From an uncultured Chloroflexia bacterium (lineage in GTDB: Bacteria; Chloroflexota; Anaerolineae; Anaerolineales; Anaerolineaceae): DNA of 32,000 nt. Positions 1-8,172 of the stretch are shown piece by piece. Numbering within the stretch: position 1 is the first letter of the stretch; each line of letters starts with the position of its first letter. Both the position numbers and the translations under genes were made by a program. The stretch lies in assembly GCA_963704755.1 (NCBI GenBank), contig OY969938.1, forward strand, positions 3,150,001 through 3,182,000, in the 5' to 3' direction. A model generated the notes under the pieces. The model saw nothing but the letters and a program-made list of their open reading frames with translations, did not search any database and was not told the DNA's origin.

Positions 1-1819
1 GCACCGCCAGATGACCTGGGAGTACACCCGGGCCGAAAACGGCAATGTGGCCCTGACCGGCGAGATTGACCTTTCTGCCGCCCAGGGATCGTTTTTATTG
101 GCCCTGGGTTTTGGCCAGAACACGTTCGAAGCCGCCCAACGTGCCCAGGCCGCCATTTACATGGGCTTCAAAGCCAGCCAGAAGGAATACGTACGCGAAT
201 GGCAGGCCTGGCAGAAATCGCTGATCAACCTGACCTCCCAGCCTGCCGCTGCCCAATCCAATACCGGCGGTCTGGACTATTACCACATCAGCACCGCGGT
301 AATGCGCATCCACGAAGCCAAGAGCTTTCCCGGCGGGCTGATTGCCAGCCTGTCGATCCCCTGGGGTTTCGCCAAAGGCGACGATGACCTGGGCGGCTAT
401 CACCTGGTCTGGCCGCGTGACCTGGCCGAAATGGCCGGCGGTCTGCTGGCCGCCGGCGCTCACGAAGACGCCCTGCGGGTAATTAATTACCTGCAGACCA
501 CCCAGGAACCGGATGGACACTGGCCCCAAAACATGTGGCTGGACGGCCGGCCTTATTGGGGTGGCATTCAAATGGACGAGACCGCCTTCCCACTCATCCT
601 GCTGGACCAGGCCTGGCGCGAAAAATGCCTCAACGATGCCGAGATGCGCAACTACTGGCCTATGACGCGCAAAGCGGCCAGTTTCATCGCGGTCAATGGG
701 CCGGTTACCCAGCAAGACCGCTGGGAAGAGGACCCGGGCTATTCCCCCTTTACCCTGGCCGTTGAGATCACCGGCCTGCTGGTAGCCGCCGACCAGGCCG
801 AGCTCAACAACGAGCCGGACGTCGCCAAATTCCTGCGGGAAACGGCCGATGCCTGGAACGCCGGCATCGAACGCTGGATCTACGTCAGCGGGACCGACCT
901 GGCCAAACAGGTGGGCGTGGAGGGCTATTACGTGCGGGTGGCTCCACCCGAAACGGCCGACGCGGCTTCTCCCTCCGGGGGTTACGTGCCGATCAAGAAC
1001 CGGCCGCCCAGCGAGAGCAGCGAGCCGGCCGCTGAAATCATCAGCCCGGACGCCCTGGCGCTGGTCCGCTTTGGACTGCGCGCGCCGGACGACCCGCGCA
1101 TCCAGGATACAGTCAAGGTGATCGACGCGCTCTTGAAAGTTGATACCCCCAACGGCCCGGCCTGGCACCGCTACAACGACGACGGCTACGGCGAGCACGA
1201 GGACGGCAGCGCCTTCGACGGCACCGGCATCGGCCGGGCCTGGCCGCTGTTGACCGGCGAGCGCGCTCACTACGAGCTGGCCGCCGGCCACCGGCAGCAG
1301 TCCGAAGATCTGCTGCATGCCATGGAGGCTTTCTCGAACGAAGGCGGCATGTTCCCCGAACAAATCTGGGACAGCGACGACATTCCCGACCGGGAGCTGT
1401 TCTGCGGTTCGGCCTCCGGGTCGGCCATGCCGTTGGGTTGGGCGCATGCCGAATACCTCAAGCTGCTGCGCTCGCTGCACGACGGCAAGGTATATGATAT
1501 GCCCCCTCAGACCGTCCAGCGCTACCTGAAAGACAAGACCGGCTCGGCAGTGACCCTGTGGTGCTATAACCACAAGGTACGCAGCCTCCACACCGGCCAG
1601 GCTTTGCGGGTGGAGACTATCTCCCCGGCCCAGGTGGTCTGGTCCACCAACGGCTGGCAGACTACCCAGAAAACCTATACCGTCGACAGTGGATTGGGGC
1701 TGAATTTTCTGGACATTCCCTGCCAGGGCTTACCCCCCGGCGGGCAAATTGACTTTACCTTCTACTGGCTGTCCGACAAGCGCTGGGAAGGTAAGAACTT
1801 TAGCGTGGTGGTGGCTTAA
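1..1819 (+). CDS. GH15 glucoamylase/glucodextranase-type glycoside hydrolase; 5' end lies outside the window
   Basis: The frame is open from the window edge, and the ATG at 11 is probably internal. Only about 85 aa precede the catalytic (alpha/alpha)6 region, whereas bacterial GH15 enzymes have a longer N-terminal beta domain. GH15-like motifs are present: LVWPRDLAEMAGGLL, QQDRWEE, GRAWPLLTGERAHYEL, MPLGWAHAEYLKL. A beta-rich tail of about 90 aa follows. Stop TAA at 1817-1819. Confidence 0.8.
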   Translation, partial: HRQMTWEYTRAENGNVALTGEIDLSAAQGSFLLALGFGQNTFEAAQRAQAAIYMGFKASQKEYVREWQAWQKSLINLTSQPAAAQSNTGGLDYYHISTAVMRIHEAKSFPGGLIASLSIPWGFAKGDDDLGGYHLVWPRDLAEMAGGLLAAGAHEDALRVINYLQTTQEPDGHWPQNMWLDGRPYWGGIQMDETAFPLILLDQAWREKCLNDAEMRNYWPMTRKAASFIAVNGPVTQQDRWEEDPGYSPFTLAVEITGLLVAADQAELNNEPDVAKFLRETADAWNAGIERWIYVSGTDLAKQVGVEGYYVRVAPPETADAASPSGGYVPIKNRPPSESSEPAAEIISPDALALVRFGLRAPDDPRIQDTVKVIDALLKVDTPNGPAWHRYNDDGYGEHEDGSAFDGTGIGRAWPLLTGERAHYELAAGHRQQSEDLLHAMEAFSNEGGMFPEQIWDSDDIPDRELFCGSASGSAMPLGWAHAEYLKLLRSLHDGKVYDMPPQTVQRYLKDKTGSAVTLWCYNHKVRSLHTGQALRVETISPAQVVWSTNGWQTTQKTYTVDSGLGLNFLDIPCQGLPPGGQIDFTFYWLSDKRWEGKNFSVVVA

Positions 1820-2188
1820 ATATTTTCTCCCCTTCTCCCGCTTCTAGGAGAAGGGGCCGGGGGATGAGGGCCTGCGCCGGCTTACCAGCCCGCATGTCTT
1901 CAGGCCAGTGTCCTTGCCCCCTTTCCCCGCTTCCCCCCAAATCAAAACCCGATTTGGAGGGAAGGGCCAAATTCCTCCCCTAAAATCCGCTCTTTGGATT
2001 TTGGGGGAGGTTAGGAGGAGGCAAAGAGCGCCGGTATTACCAGCCCATTGGCCTGGTAGTCCGGCGCTCTGCCCCCTTTCCCCGCTTCCCCCCAAATCAA
2101 AACCCGATTTGGAGGGAAGAGCCAAATTCTTGCTCCCCTTTCCCCCCGCGAAGCGTGGGGGAAGGGGCCGGGGGATGAGGGGTATCTT
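1820..2188. repeat. Cluster of G/C-rich hairpin repeats between convergent genes, containing a 61-bp and a 21-bp direct repeat
   Basis: Hairpin at 1829-1856 (ccccttctcc / ggagaagggg). A 21-bp exact repeat gaaggggccgggggatgaggg occurs at 1850-1870 and 2161-2181. A repeat of about 61 bp occurs at 1915-1975 and 2070-2131 with 2 mismatches, and each copy contains the hairpin cttccccccaaatc-aaaaccc-gatttggagggaag. Further hairpins lie at about 1974-2010 and 2031-2064. Confidence 0.75.
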
Positions 2189-3517
2189 TTACTGCTCGAA
2201 GGTGACGTCGGCCGGCATACCGGCTTTGAGTTTCAGATCCGTGTTTGGCGCCTGGATCTTGACGGCATAGACGGTGGCTTTGCGCCCCTCGACGGTCTGC
2301 ACGTTGCTGGGGGTGAACTCGGCTTCGTCCGAGATATACTGCACCGTTCCGTCGAACGTCTCGCCCGGGTAGGAGTCCACAGTAATCGAGACGGCCTGTC
2401 CGAGCGTAACCTGCCCATACTGGTCTTCGGGAATATACACGGTCAGGTTGACCGGTGAAAGCTGGCTGACCGTCATCACCGTACCGCCGGCCGCGACCAG
2501 CTCGCCCATTTCCAGGCTGCGAGCCGAGATAACCCCATCGAAAGGAGCCTTGACCGTGGTGCGCTCGATCTGCAAGTCGATCACGTTCAATGCCGCTTTG
2601 GCCTGGGTGACCGCATCCTGCGCCTGGGATACGGCGGCCTTAGCCTGGTCCACCTGGGCGCTGACCGCCTGGAGCTGCAGCGACTGGCTGCCCGTCTGCA
2701 GGCTGGAAAGCTGGTCCTGGGCATTATCCAGGCGAGCCTGGGCGGCCGAGACCCGGCCGCGCGCTTCCAGGACCGAATCGGCCGAAGAGGTGCTCAGCAT
2801 ACCGTTATAGGCCGACTGGGCGGCGTTGAGTTCGTTTTCAGCCACATCCAGGTTGTCCTGGGCGGCCTTTTTCAAATCCACATTATTATTAGCGGCGTCG
2901 GCCTGGCTCTGGGTGAGTTTGGCTACCTGGTAAGATGCCTGGGCGTTGGCCAGAGTTTTCTCGGCCGAGATGAAATCTTTGTTATTCGCTTTAGCTAATT
3001 CATCCTTCAGGTTGGCCTGCTCGGAATCCAGGGATTTTTGGGCTGCATCCACCTCGGCCTGGGCCGCCGCGACCAGCTCGTCCTTCTCAAAATACCAGTT
3101 CGGCAGTTTGATGGCGCTCTCGCTGGAAGAGTCCCACAGGTTGGTGCGGGCGGGTGTATTCTGCTGCTGCACCGACTGCAAGGTCAGGTCGTATTGAGCC
3201 TGTGCGCTTTGTAATTGGGCGTTGGCCGCGTCCAGGGACGAATTGGCCAGGTCAACCGCAGCCTGGGCCTGGGCCCGTTGGCCTTGCAGCAACTGGTCAT
3301 CCAGTTTGAAGAGCGTGTCTCCGGTTTTTACCAAATCCCCTTCTTCTACATCGATTTCGATAACCTTGCCGCCGATCTCCGAGGAGACCTGGGCGCTGAT
3401 CGCCGCGATGGTGCCAGAGGCGGTCAGGGCCGCATTGGCGTTGCCGGACGGGAACAGCGAGCAGGCGGATAAGGTCAGCGCCAGGGCCAGGAAAATAAAG
3501 ACATGAATACGTTTCAT
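2189..3517 (-). CDS. HlyD-family membrane-fusion (periplasmic adaptor) lipoprotein
   Basis: Lipobox LTLSAC near the N-terminus. Barrel/lipoyl-like segments (GKVIEIDVEEGDLVKTGDTLFKLD; APFDGVI) flank a long Ala/Gln-rich coiled coil. GGAGG lies 7 nt upstream of the ATG at 3517. It is the last gene of the ABC operon. Confidence 0.85.
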   Translation of the reverse strand: MKRIHVFIFLALALTLSACSLFPSGNANAALTASGTIAAISAQVSSEIGGKVIEIDVEEGDLVKTGDTLFKLDDQLLQGQRAQAQAAVDLANSSLDAANAQLQSAQAQYDLTLQSVQQQNTPARTNLWDSSSESAIKLPNWYFEKDELVAAAQAEVDAAQKSLDSEQANLKDELAKANNKDFISAEKTLANAQASYQVAKLTQSQADAANNNVDLKKAAQDNLDVAENELNAAQSAYNGMLSTSSADSVLEARGRVSAAQARLDNAQDQLSSLQTGSQSLQLQAVSAQVDQAKAAVSQAQDAVTQAKAALNVIDLQIERTTVKAPFDGVISARSLEMGELVAAGGTVMTVSQLSPVNLTVYIPEDQYGQVTLGQAVSITVDSYPGETFDGTVQYISDEAEFTPSNVQTVEGRKATVYAVKIQAPNTDLKLKAGMPADVTFEQ

Positions 3518-3553
3518 GAAGAACCTCCAGATTTTTTATTGGGTGTCAAAAAC

Positions 3554-3610
3554 CCGGAAAAATGGGTGTACGCACCAGGCGTACGCCGGCGCGTACACCC
3601 ATTTTTCCGG
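3554..3610. repeat. Perfect 20-bp-stem palindrome at the permease/HlyD junction
   Basis: ccggaaaaatgggtgtacgc (3554-3573) is the exact reverse complement of gcgtacacccatttttccgg (3591-3610). The 17-nt loop contains gcgtacgc. Confidence 0.9.
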
Positions 3611-3619
3611 CACTTATAG

Positions 3620-4753
3620 CTACAGCCGTTTGCGAAAGACCAGCACGCTGGCCGTGAAATAGCCAATGCTGAGGACGATGAGCGGCACGATGGAGGACCA
3701 CCACAGCGTGCTGGCCGCCACACCTCGCAGCATGATGCCGCGGGTTATGGTCAAGTAATGGGTGACCGGCAGCAGGTCACTATACAGAAGGGAGAGCAGG
3801 GGCATGTTGTCCCGCGGGAACATCAGCCCCGAAAGGATGATGGCCGGGATCAGGACGATGAACACCGCCAGATAAATCGCCTGCATCTGCGATTGGGCCA
3901 GGTTGGAGATAAGCACCCCCATACCCAGCGATCCGACAATAAAGACCAGGCTGACCCCCACCAGCTCCCAGAAACTACCCGCGATTTGTACGCCAAACAT
4001 GATCTTACTCAAGAACAACAGGGCGAAAAGGTTGAACATGCTGACCAGCAGGTAAGGGATGATCTTGCCCAGCATCAATTCCCAGGATTTGATCGAGGTG
4101 ACGATCAATTGCTCCATGGTGCCCTGCTCGCGTTCTTTTACGATCGCCAGGGCTGAAAGGAGCAGCGCCTGCACCTGTAAAATAATCGGGATCAGGCCGG
4201 GGATCATGTACAGCTTCTGGTCGCTGTTGGGATTGTAGAGGGTCTTGAAAAAGGCCGATACCGGCAGGTTCAAGCCGCTGCTGTTCGTCATGCGCACAAT
4301 CTGTTTGACCAGAATGTTTTCCGAGGCCATCTGGCTGATGGCGTTCAATTTGAGCTGGATGGTCTGCACATTGGTCGGGTCGCCCGAGCCGTTGACGTAA
4401 AACTGCACGTCCGCCGTCTGGCCGGTATCCAGGTTGCGGCCGAAATTCTCCGGGATCAAGATGCCGACCTGCACCTGGCCGCTGTCCATCAGTTCCAGCA
4501 TTTCGGCTTCACTCAATACGTCGTAGGAGATCTTGAAATCTTTGCTGGCGGTAAAATTGGCGATGTAAGCCCGGCTGGCGTCGGTCTTGGAAAGATCGAC
4601 CACCACCATCGGGATCTCGCTGCTTTTGCCGGAAATACCAAAGCCGAGCAAGATCAGCAGCAAACCTGGCAGTAGAAGGATCAGTCCTAATGTGCGCGGA
4701 TCTCGCCAGATATGATAGAGCTCCTTGCGCATGATGGTCCATAAACGTTCCAT
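3620..4753 (-). CDS. ABC-2 type transporter permease
   Basis: An N-terminal TM segment, then a soluble loop of about 150 aa, then about 5 C-terminal TM segments. This is the typical ABC-2/YbhS-YbhR-like topology. AGGAGA lies 8 nt upstream of the ATG at 4753. Confidence 0.8.
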   Translation of the reverse strand: MERLWTIMRKELYHIWRDPRTLGLILLLPGLLLILLGFGISGKSSEIPMVVVDLSKTDASRAYIANFTASKDFKISYDVLSEAEMLELMDSGQVQVGILIPENFGRNLDTGQTADVQFYVNGSGDPTNVQTIQLKLNAISQMASENILVKQIVRMTNSSGLNLPVSAFFKTLYNPNSDQKLYMIPGLIPIILQVQALLLSALAIVKEREQGTMEQLIVTSIKSWELMLGKIIPYLLVSMFNLFALLFLSKIMFGVQIAGSFWELVGVSLVFIVGSLGMGVLISNLAQSQMQAIYLAVFIVLIPAIILSGLMFPRDNMPLLSLLYSDLLPVTHYLTITRGIMLRGVAASTLWWSSIVPLIVLSIGYFTASVLVFRKRL

Positions 4754-4806
4754 AAGTTATTCTCCTGAAGTGGGGGCAGCCCAGGGCAATTTTCGAAAAG
4801 GTCGAA

Positions 4807-4851
4807 TTTTTGGTATTGGGGTGGTGCAAAGCACCACCCCAATACCAAAAA
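4807..4851. repeat. Perfect 21-bp-stem palindrome with 3-nt loop at the ATPase/permease junction
   Basis: tttttggtattggggtggtgc-aaa-gcaccaccccaataccaaaaa; the arms are exact reverse complements. Confidence 0.9.
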
Positions 4852-4864
4852 ATTATTGGTTTTG

Positions 4865-5821
4865 TCAGGCCATTGCCTTGGAAGCGGCCTGTTGCTGGTG
4901 CTGCTGCACCAGGTATAGAAAGATATCTTCCAACGAAGCCTGGATGGGATCGACGCGGTTCACCTTGATGCTGGCCTGGGCCAGGGCGGCTGCGACTTTG
5001 GGCTGAAGTTCCGGCCCGCTTAGCGAGACGTGCAACTGGGCGCCGTGGATGGTGGCCTCGAGCACACCCGGCACACCGGCCAGGACCTGCGCCGCCTGAT
5101 TGGGCTGGTCGCAGTCCACCTGCAGCAGGTAACCCGGCAGTTGGTCCCGCAGGGTATCCGGGCTGGCCAGGGCGATCAGTTCGCCGCCGTACATCATCCC
5201 CACCGTGTTGCAGTATTCGGCCTCGTCCATGTAATGGGTGGTAGCCAGTACGCTGGTGCCTTCGCCCGCCATGATGTAGATCAGGTCCCAGAACTCGCGC
5301 CGCGAGACCGGGTCCACTCCAGCGGTGGCCTCGTCCAGGAAGAGCATGGGCGGCCGGTGGACGATAGCGCAGGCCAGGGCCAGCCGCTGCCGCCAGGCTC
5401 CCGAAAGGTTACGGGTGAGCACTTTGCGGTGCGAACCCAGCCCGCCCATTTCGATCAGCTCATCGATCCGTTTTTCGCGCTCGGCCCGCGGCACACCGTA
5501 GATCGAGGCATAAAAGGTCAGGTTCTCCAGCGGGGTCAAGTCGTTGTACAGCGAAAATTTCTGCGACATGTAGCCGATGTGTTTTTTGATCTCTTCCGGC
5601 TGGCGGGCCACATCGTAGCCCAGCACGCTGGCCGACCCGCTGGTCGGCGCCAGAATGCCGCACAACATCCGGATGGTGGTGGTCTTGCCGGCCCCGTTCG
5701 GCCCTAACAGGCCAAAGATCTCCCCCTGGGGGATGTGAAAATTGATCTGGTTGACAGCCGTGAATTTGCCGAATTTACGCACCAGGTCGTGGGTTTCGAC
5801 GGTATGGATGGCTGCACTCAT
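4865..5821 (-). CDS. ABC transporter ATP-binding protein (NBD-B)
   Basis: Walker A GPNGAGKTT, Q-loop MSQ, atypical signature LSGAWRQRL, Walker B LFLDEATAGVD, H-loop ATTHYMDEAE. Its ATG overlaps the upstream stop (ATGA at 5818-5821). Confidence 0.9.
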   Translation of the reverse strand: MSAAIHTVETHDLVRKFGKFTAVNQINFHIPQGEIFGLLGPNGAGKTTTIRMLCGILAPTSGSASVLGYDVARQPEEIKKHIGYMSQKFSLYNDLTPLENLTFYASIYGVPRAEREKRIDELIEMGGLGSHRKVLTRNLSGAWRQRLALACAIVHRPPMLFLDEATAGVDPVSRREFWDLIYIMAGEGTSVLATTHYMDEAEYCNTVGMMYGGELIALASPDTLRDQLPGYLLQVDCDQPNQAAQVLAGVPGVLEATIHGAQLHVSLSGPELQPKVAAALAQASIKVNRVDPIQASLEDIFLYLVQQHQQQAASKAMA

Positions 5822-6768
5822 GCGTTGCCTCGCTGTTCGATCACCAGGTGGACGAACACGTCCTCCATACCCGGGCGTTCACTGCGCAGCAGGCGTACTT
5901 CCAACCCTTCTTGGGTGAAGCGCTTGTCCAGGGTGCGCATCATCCGCCCGACCCGGCCATCGTCGTTGGGTACGGCCAGGCGCAGCCGGTCGCCGACCGG
6001 CCGCCACTCTATATCGCCGGCCACTTCGCTGACCACCCGGCGCATCTCTTTGCGCGGTTTGGCTTTTACCTCGATGATCGAATACGCCAGCCGCTTTTCC
6101 AGTTCATCCGGGGTGCCCGTGGCCAGCAGTTGGCCATCGTAGAGCACACCTACCTGGTGACAACGCTCCGCTTCATCCATATAAGGCGTGCTGAGCAGCA
6201 CCGTAACCCCCTGCTGGACGATGGCCGACAGAATCAGCCACAGTTCACGCCGTGAGACCGGGTCCACGCCGGTGGAAGGCTCGTCCAGCAGCAGCACCTG
6301 GGGCGAATGGACCATGGCGCAGGCCAGGGCCAGCTTCTTTTTCATCCCACCGGAGAGCTTGCCGGCCCGGAACTGGCGAAAAGGTTCCAGGCGGGTGAAA
6401 TCCAGCATTTCGGCGATGCGCGCCGTTTTCTGACTCGATGTCATCTTGTGTATGTCCGCAAAAAAGTTCAGGTTTTCCGTGACCGATAAATCGGGGTACA
6501 GGCTGAAGTTTTGAGGCATATAGCCGATGTTCTCGCGGACCAGTTCTGTTTTCTTGTCCAGATCGTATCCGGCGATGCGGGCGCTGCCGCCGCTTGGCTG
6601 CAAAACCGAAGACAGCATGCGCAGCGAAGTTGTCTTGCCGGCGCCATCCGGCCCAACCAGGCCGTAAAGCTGCCCCGCCGGAATAGCCAGGTCGAGGCTG
6701 CGTACGGCCGGCTGGCCTTTTTTGGAGAAGGTCTTGCTCAACTCGTGAGCTTCAATCGCAAATTCCAT
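5818..6768 (-). CDS. ABC transporter ATP-binding protein (NBD-A)
   Basis: Walker A GPDGAGKTT, signature LSGGMKKKL, Walker B LLLDEPSTGVD, H-loop position reads STPYMDEAE (His replaced by Pro). I prefer the ATG at 6768 (MEFAIEAHEL...) because GGAGG (6777-6781) lies 8 nt upstream. The ORF-track start at 6816 has no such site. Confidence 0.85.
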   Translation of the reverse strand: MEFAIEAHELSKTFSKKGQPAVRSLDLAIPAGQLYGLVGPDGAGKTTSLRMLSSVLQPSGGSARIAGYDLDKKTELVRENIGYMPQNFSLYPDLSVTENLNFFADIHKMTSSQKTARIAEMLDFTRLEPFRQFRAGKLSGGMKKKLALACAMVHSPQVLLLDEPSTGVDPVSRRELWLILSAIVQQGVTVLLSTPYMDEAERCHQVGVLYDGQLLATGTPDELEKRLAYSIIEVKAKPRKEMRRVVSEVAGDIEWRPVGDRLRLAVPNDDGRVGRMMRTLDKRFTQEGLEVRLLRSERPGMEDVFVHLVIEQRGNA

Positions 6769-6788
6769 AACGTGATCCTCCAGGAAGC

Positions 6789-6818
6789 ATTTTAGGCGGC
6801 CGGATGGGTTGGTCACAA
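6789..6818 (-). promoter_or_regulatory. Candidate sigma70-type promoter of the ABC/HlyD operon
   Basis: On the minus strand: TTGTGA (6813-6818), an 18-nt spacer, TAAAAT (6789-6794), about 20 nt upstream of the ATG at 6768. Confidence 0.35.
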
Positions 6819-6915
6819 GTTGTTAATCAGCACCAATCCAGGTGACGGGAGTAATCTCCCCAGTTGATGCGCGTCACCACCTGGCCCACAGCCCTGTCAG
6901 GGCCTATCGCGCCTG

Positions 6916-6924
6916 TGATATGAT
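6916..6924 (+). promoter_or_regulatory. Candidate extended -10 element (TGaTATGAT) placed to give a leaderless kinase mRNA
   Basis: TG at 6916-6917 and TATGAT at 6919-6924. Only 6 nt separate the hexamer from the ATG at 6931, and no Shine-Dalgarno sequence is present. Confidence 0.3.
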
Positions 6925-6930
6925 GTTTTT

Positions 6931-8172
6931 ATGTCGCGGCCTATCGAGCCCGGTCTTTTGCGGGTTTTTCGCTATTTCACCATTGTGGCGCTGTGTTACT
7001 TTGCCATACTGGTGGTGTACACCGGATTTGCCACCGGCGAGGGGTTAGCCTCGGTGCAGATCCAGTGGTACTTGAACTTTGCCAGCAACCTGGCCCTGTT
7101 TGGCTACCTTTCCTGGCCGGCCTTGCAGCACAGGCTGGGGCGCCTGTACCTGCCCCTGGCCTTGTGCGTGGCCGCCGGTGCACCCATCCTCAGCAACCTG
7201 ATTTTCCTGGTGCCCCTGGATAATCCTCTGTCCATCGCGCTGGAACCGACCTGGCTGTTATTCCCGACCCTGCTGGTTCCGCTGGTGTTGATCGCCTGGC
7301 AATATACGTTCGGTGCGGTGCTGGCCTTCACCATTTTCGCCGCCGTGGTCGAATTGAGCGTCTTAATCCCCCTCTCTGGGGGCATCAACGCCCAATCGCT
7401 GCCTGTGCTCAGCCTGCCGCTGATCCGCGCCTTCGCCTTTGGGATCGTTGGTATGATCGTGTGTCGCCTGATGGCCCTGCAGCGCGCCCAACGCCGTGAA
7501 TTGATCCGCGCCAACATCCAGCTCAGCCAGCACGCCGCCACCATGGAGCAATTGGCCGTGAGCCGCGAGCGCAACCGCCTGGCCCGCGAGCTGCACGACA
7601 CCCTGGCGCACACCCTCAGCGGCCAGGCCGTCAACCTGGAGGCAATCAAGCTGGTGCTCCCCGCCGAACAGACCGAAGTACAGGGCATGTTGGACGAGAC
7701 TCTCAAGATCACCCGCGATGGCCTTTCGGAAGTGCGCCGGGCCCTGAAAGACCTGCGCTCCAAGACCCTGGATGACCTGGGCCTCTCGGTGGCGGTGCGC
7801 AACCTGGCCCTGGAAGCGGCCGCCCGCGCGGACTTCGTCCTGGACCTGAATGTAGAAGAGGGCCTGCCCCGCCTGGGCGCCGAGATCGAGCAAACTGTGT
7901 ACCGCATCGCCCAGGAATCGCTGGCCAACGTGGTCCACCACGCCGACGCCAAAAAGGTGAGCCTGCACCTGGGTATGCAAAACCGCACCCTGGCCCTCAG
8001 CGTTTGCGATGACGGCCGCGGCGCGGACCTGGACCAGGCCAAGACGAAAGACCGCCACGGCCTGTTGGGCATGCGCGAGCGGGCTGAAATGATCGGCGGA
8101 AATTTCACAATCGAAAGCCACCCGGGCAGTGGAACCCGGGTCGAGTTCTCACTGGAGGTGGCCGGTGATTAA
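6931..8172 (+). CDS. Membrane sensor histidine kinase, NarL/DesK type (HisKA_3 + HATPase_c)
   Basis: About 5-6 N-terminal TM segments with no large extracytoplasmic domain. H-box ERNRLARELHDTLAHTLSG. N, G1 and G2 boxes are present (ESLANVVHHA, DDGRG, GLLGMRERAEMIGG). Confidence 0.9.
   Translation: MSRPIEPGLLRVFRYFTIVALCYFAILVVYTGFATGEGLASVQIQWYLNFASNLALFGYLSWPALQHRLGRLYLPLALCVAAGAPILSNLIFLVPLDNPLSIALEPTWLLFPTLLVPLVLIAWQYTFGAVLAFTIFAAVVELSVLIPLSGGINAQSLPVLSLPLIRAFAFGIVGMIVCRLMALQRAQRRELIRANIQLSQHAATMEQLAVSRERNRLARELHDTLAHTLSGQAVNLEAIKLVLPAEQTEVQGMLDETLKITRDGLSEVRRALKDLRSKTLDDLGLSVAVRNLALEAAARADFVLDLNVEEGLPRLGAEIEQTVYRIAQESLANVVHHADAKKVSLHLGMQNRTLALSVCDDGRGADLDQAKTKDRHGLLGMRERAEMIGGNFTIESHPGSGTRVEFSLEVAGD

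Noticed and set aside
95-1591. 498-aa ORF antisense to the glucoamylase gene. Similar long antisense or alternate-frame ORFs occur at 7104-8108, 7363-8121, 9411-11021, 15919-17094, 24131-24985, 25334-26152, 26182-26841, 27677-28378 and 29382-29942.
   Set aside because: These are typical shadow ORFs of high-GC DNA. Their translations are Arg/Gly/Ala/Pro-rich low-complexity strings without recognisable motifs. Each fully overlaps a gene that has clear family motifs and ribosome-binding sites.
1844-2270. ORFs 1844-2125 (minus strand) and 1908-2270 (plus strand) in the G/C-rich repeat cluster
   Set aside because: The translations are Pro/Gly/Ser low-complexity products of the hairpin repeats. 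The second ORF runs into the 3' end of the HlyD gene on the opposite strand.
8129-8164. ATG at 8129 as the start of the response regulator
   Set aside because: It would add 12 non-conserved residues encoded inside the kinase gene. The GTG at 8165 has a GGAGG at proper spacing and gives the canonical receiver N-terminus.
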